The notes below the pieces were generated by a model, which saw nothing but the letters and a program-made list of their open reading frames with translations, searched no databases and was not told where the DNA came from. A DNA stretch of 34,236 nucleotides from Pseudomonadota bacterium (GTDB taxonomy: Bacteria > Bdellovibrionota > Bdellovibrionia > Bdellovibrionales > SG-bin7): the NCBI GenBank assembly GCA_034439715.1, contig JAWXAY010000061.1, positions 1-34,236 on the forward strand, read 5' to 3'. This document shows, piece after piece, positions 31,723-34,236 of the stretch (position 1 is its first letter; each line of letters starts with the position of its first letter). Both the position numbers and the translations under genes were made by a program.

Positions 31723-32778
31723 ATGCAGCAGCACTATTATAAATTTTGGCGTGATCTTATTAAACCTAAGGGTTTTGAAGTTGATAAAGAGACATTGAAG
31801 GAGAGTTACGGAAAGTTTGCCGTGAAACCTCTTGAGCGAGGTTTCGGTACAACCTTAGGAAATTCATTGCGAAGAATTCTCTTAAGTTCGATGATGGGAT
31901 CAGCCGTGTCTGCAATCCGAGTAGATGGCGTTCTCCATGAGTTTACTGCTATCCCTGATATTCATGAAGACGTAGCGGATATAATTCTTAATTTAAAACA
32001 AATTCGATTCAAACAACATGATTCAAATACCAGAACCTTGATTATTAATAAACAAGGGCCTGGTGTAGTGACTGCTAGAGATATTCAAACGACAGAAGGA
32101 ATTGAGGTCTTAAATCCAGACCAACATATTTGTACGATCGGCGCCAATGGCAAATTTAGTGCCGAGGTTCTGGTTTCTTATGGCCGTGGATTTGTGGCTG
32201 GCGACGAAAACAGAAAAGATCTTCCTGTTGGTTATGTTGGGGTCGACAGCTTATTTAGCCCCGTTCGTAAAGTTAACTATTTTGTTTCAAATGCGCGTGT
32301 AGGACAACGAACAGATTATGATGCTCTAACATTAGAAGTATGGACAGATGGCTCGTTGAAACCCGAAGAGGCAGTAACTCTAGGTTCTAAAATTCTGAAA
32401 GAACAGTTACAGGTATTTTTGACGTTTGACGAATCGATGGAGCCAAAAGAAGAAGAGGTTTCTAAAAAATCTCCGATTCTTAATGAGCACCTGTTCCGAT
32501 CTGTTGATGATTTAGAACTATCGGTTAGAAGTGCGAATTGTTTAAAGAATGCAAACATTAGGTTTATAGGTGAGTTGGTTTCTAAATCAGAAGCTGAAAT
32601 GTTGAAAACAAAAAACTTTGGTCGTAAGTCACTCAATGAAATTAAAGAAATTCTTTCAGAGATGGGCTTGGGTTTAGGCATGAAAATCGATGGCTGGCCG
32701 CCATCAGGTTGGGATCCAAATAATCCGCAGGTTTTTCAAACCCACACAAGTGCACCTAACGGCCAACAGAGCAATTAG
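31723..32778 (+). CDS. rpoA: DNA-directed RNA polymerase subunit alpha
   Basis: PLERGFGTTLGNSLRRILLS, LELSVRSANCL, NFGRKSLNEI. Confidence 0.99.
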   Translation: MQQHYYKFWRDLIKPKGFEVDKETLKESYGKFAVKPLERGFGTTLGNSLRRILLSSMMGSAVSAIRVDGVLHEFTAIPDIHEDVADIILNLKQIRFKQHDSNTRTLIINKQGPGVVTARDIQTTEGIEVLNPDQHICTIGANGKFSAEVLVSYGRGFVAGDENRKDLPVGYVGVDSLFSPVRKVNYFVSNARVGQRTDYDALTLEVWTDGSLKPEEAVTLGSKILKEQLQVFLTFDESMEPKEEEVSKKSPILNEHLFRSVDDLELSVRSANCLKNANIRFIGELVSKSEAEMLKTKNFGRKSLNEIKEILSEMGLGLGMKIDGWPPSGWDPNNPQVFQTHTSAPNGQQSN

Positions 32779-32795
32779 ATTTTTGGGGGAGTTTT

Positions 32796-33302
32796 ATGAG
32801 GCATCAGGTACATTCGAAACGCTTTGGTAGAAGAGGCGGAGGCCGCAAAGCTTTAATTCGCGGTTTGGTTAATGCCATAGTTGAGAGCGAGCGAATTCGT
32901 ACAACTGTCCCCAAAGCTAAAGAGCTTCGCAGACATATTGAGAGAGCGATTACCAAGGGTAAAGATCAAACCTTGCATGCTCGGCGGATTTTGTTGGCAA
33001 AGTATCCAAATTTAAAAACAGTTGAAAAAATAGTTTCTGACCTTTCTCCAAGATTTCAAAAAAGACCTGGCGGTTATACTAGGATTCTTAGACTTGATCG
33101 ACGTCCTGGGGATTCAGCCGAAATGTGTTTTATTGAGTTTGTAGATTATAAAACTTTGGCAACGAAACCTAATCAAGGCGACAACAAAGAGGAGCCTGTT
33201 GAGGCAAAGACTGCTTCATCTGGAAAATCTAGTTCAGTTAAAGCCAAGAAAAAAGGGATTCGTAAGGCTAAGAGTAAAACTCGTAAAACAGAACGTACCT
33301 AG
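32796..33302 (+). CDS. rplQ: 50S ribosomal protein L17 with Lys-rich C-terminal tail
   Basis: MRH, IRTTVPKAKELR, RPGGYTRI, RPGDSAEM. Confidence 0.98.
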   Translation: MRHQVHSKRFGRRGGGRKALIRGLVNAIVESERIRTTVPKAKELRRHIERAITKGKDQTLHARRILLAKYPNLKTVEKIVSDLSPRFQKRPGGYTRILRLDRRPGDSAEMCFIEFVDYKTLATKPNQGDNKEEPVEAKTASSGKSSSVKAKKKGIRKAKSKTRKTERT

Positions 33303-33313
33303 CGAAGTTGGCA

Positions 33314-33883
33314 ATGGCTTCGAAACAAATTAAGGCGATAATTATTGTTATTGTTTTGTCTATTGCCGCGTATTTTGGAATTCAAAAGGCGAAAGAGAAA
33401 GCCAATTTTTCAGAAAATGCAGATCAAGAAATAAGTCTTATTGACCGGCTTGAAAAAGATGGGGCCCCTAACTTTTCTGCGAAGAGGTTGGATGGGTCGA
33501 TTTTTACTGTTGAATCGGTTCGCGGCAAAGTGGTTATATTGAATTTTTGGGCTTCGTGGTGTGATCCCTGTGTGCGAGAGTTTCCCTCGATGCTAAAATT
33601 GGTAGAGCATTTTAAGGGAGAAATTATACTAGTTGCTGTTTCAAATGATAGTTCCAAGGCAGAGATAGAAAATTTTGTAAAGGCGATGGGTGGTTCTAAA
33701 CCTCATGTCGAAATTGTTTGGGATGAGGATTATAAAATTGCAGGTTTATTTGGAACGTCAAAATTGCCTGAGAGCTATTTATTTAACAGAAAAATGAAGT
33801 TGGTTCGTAAAATAGTAGGCATTGACGACTGGTATACAAAAGATGCGATAGACTATATGGCGAGTCTGATTAAACAGGAATAG
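33314..33883 (+). CDS. Membrane-anchored TlpA/ResA-family thiol-disulfide oxidoreductase
   Basis: N-terminal TM helix, APNFS, GKVVILNFWASWCDPCVREFP, cis-Pro LPESY. Confidence 0.92.
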   Translation: MASKQIKAIIIVIVLSIAAYFGIQKAKEKANFSENADQEISLIDRLEKDGAPNFSAKRLDGSIFTVESVRGKVVILNFWASWCDPCVREFPSMLKLVEHFKGEIILVAVSNDSSKAEIENFVKAMGGSKPHVEIVWDEDYKIAGLFGTSKLPESYLFNRKMKLVRKIVGIDDWYTKDAIDYMASLIKQE

Positions 33884-33886
33884 TTT

Positions 33887-34138
33887 TTATAGTTGTTCTC
33901 GAATTTGAGTTTTAACCTCAGCGCACTGCTCCGGTGTCAGTAAAAAATTATTAAACAAATCTGAATTATACCAAGGCTGTTTTAGTTTATCGGGATCAGA
34001 CTCGTAACGCGGAACTATGTGCCAATGAACATGTGGCGACTGATTGCCATAAGAGGCATGGTTCATTTTCCAAGGCTTAAATGCTGTAAAAATCGCTTTG
34101 GTGGCAATCATTAATTCAGAAAAAATATCAGCTTGAAC
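33887..34138 (-). pseudogene. HIT-family nucleotide hydrolase, C-terminal fragment (5' part displaced or lost)
   Basis: YGNQSPHVHWHIVPRY histidine triad; family-like sequence begins at VQADIFSEL; no minus-strand frame stays open to the window end. Confidence 0.7.
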
Positions 34139-34236
34139 GTAACCAAGTCGTAGAGGCGGTTCTAGCTTCCGCTTAAAACATCGCATAAAATCCGCCTTCG
34201 ACAGAGGTGGTTATGAGTGATCTTGAATTGATCAAA
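34139..34236 (+). mobile_element. Probable left end of an insertion sequence (IS66-like), truncated by the window end
   Basis: GTAACC terminus exactly where HIT similarity stops; RBS GAGGTG and ATG at 34213 (MSDLELIK...) about 75 nt inside; no transposase motif visible. Confidence 0.45.

Noticed and set aside
5612..33657. Many 63-144 aa antisense or alternate-frame ORFs inside rpo, rpl, rps, fusA and secY
   Set aside because: Expected by-products of codon structure in conserved genes, with no family signatures.
34139..34186. ATG 34186 as the true start of a 99-aa HIT protein
   Set aside because: The first 16 residues do not resemble the family, and the N-terminal nucleotide-binding region of HIT proteins is missing.
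34137..34216. Integron attC reading of the terminal palindrome (TAAC...GTTA ends)
   Set aside because: The spacers between the outer and inner paired boxes are strongly asymmetric, unlike the 5/6-nt attC pattern, and no integrase or cassette is visible. An IS end fits better, though attC is not fully excluded.
1..34236. CRISPR arrays, rRNA genes, introns or inteins, prophage or defence genes
   Set aside because: None seen. Intergenic gaps are at most about 220 nt, and RpoB and RpoC are of normal length with no intein-like insertion.

Overview
Core translation/transcription supercluster of an AT-rich bacterium using code 11. RpoC, RpoA and L10 N-termini resemble, from recall, Bdellovibrionota. 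Order on the + strand: proS (5'-truncated), pyrF, rlmB, tRNA-Thr/Tyr/Gly/Thr, tuf, rpmG, tRNA-Trp, secE, nusG, rplKAJL, rpoBC, rpsLG, fusA, then the S10, spc and alpha operons and a TlpA-like thioredoxin. A convergent HIT-family gene at the right end looks 5'-truncated by the probable left end of an IS (IS66-like) that runs off the window. Most of the window is ordinary housekeeping DNA and I see no clear new multi-gene system. The real oddities are: an EF-Tu with a rebuilt switch I (no RGITI motif) and an R333-equivalent Ser; a str-operon EF-G lacking the domain IV translocation loops; clean absence of rplX (uL24), map, infA and the second tuf; a sigma54-like -24/-12 motif upstream of the tRNA/tuf cluster; many GTG/TTG starts; and the IS/HIT junction.
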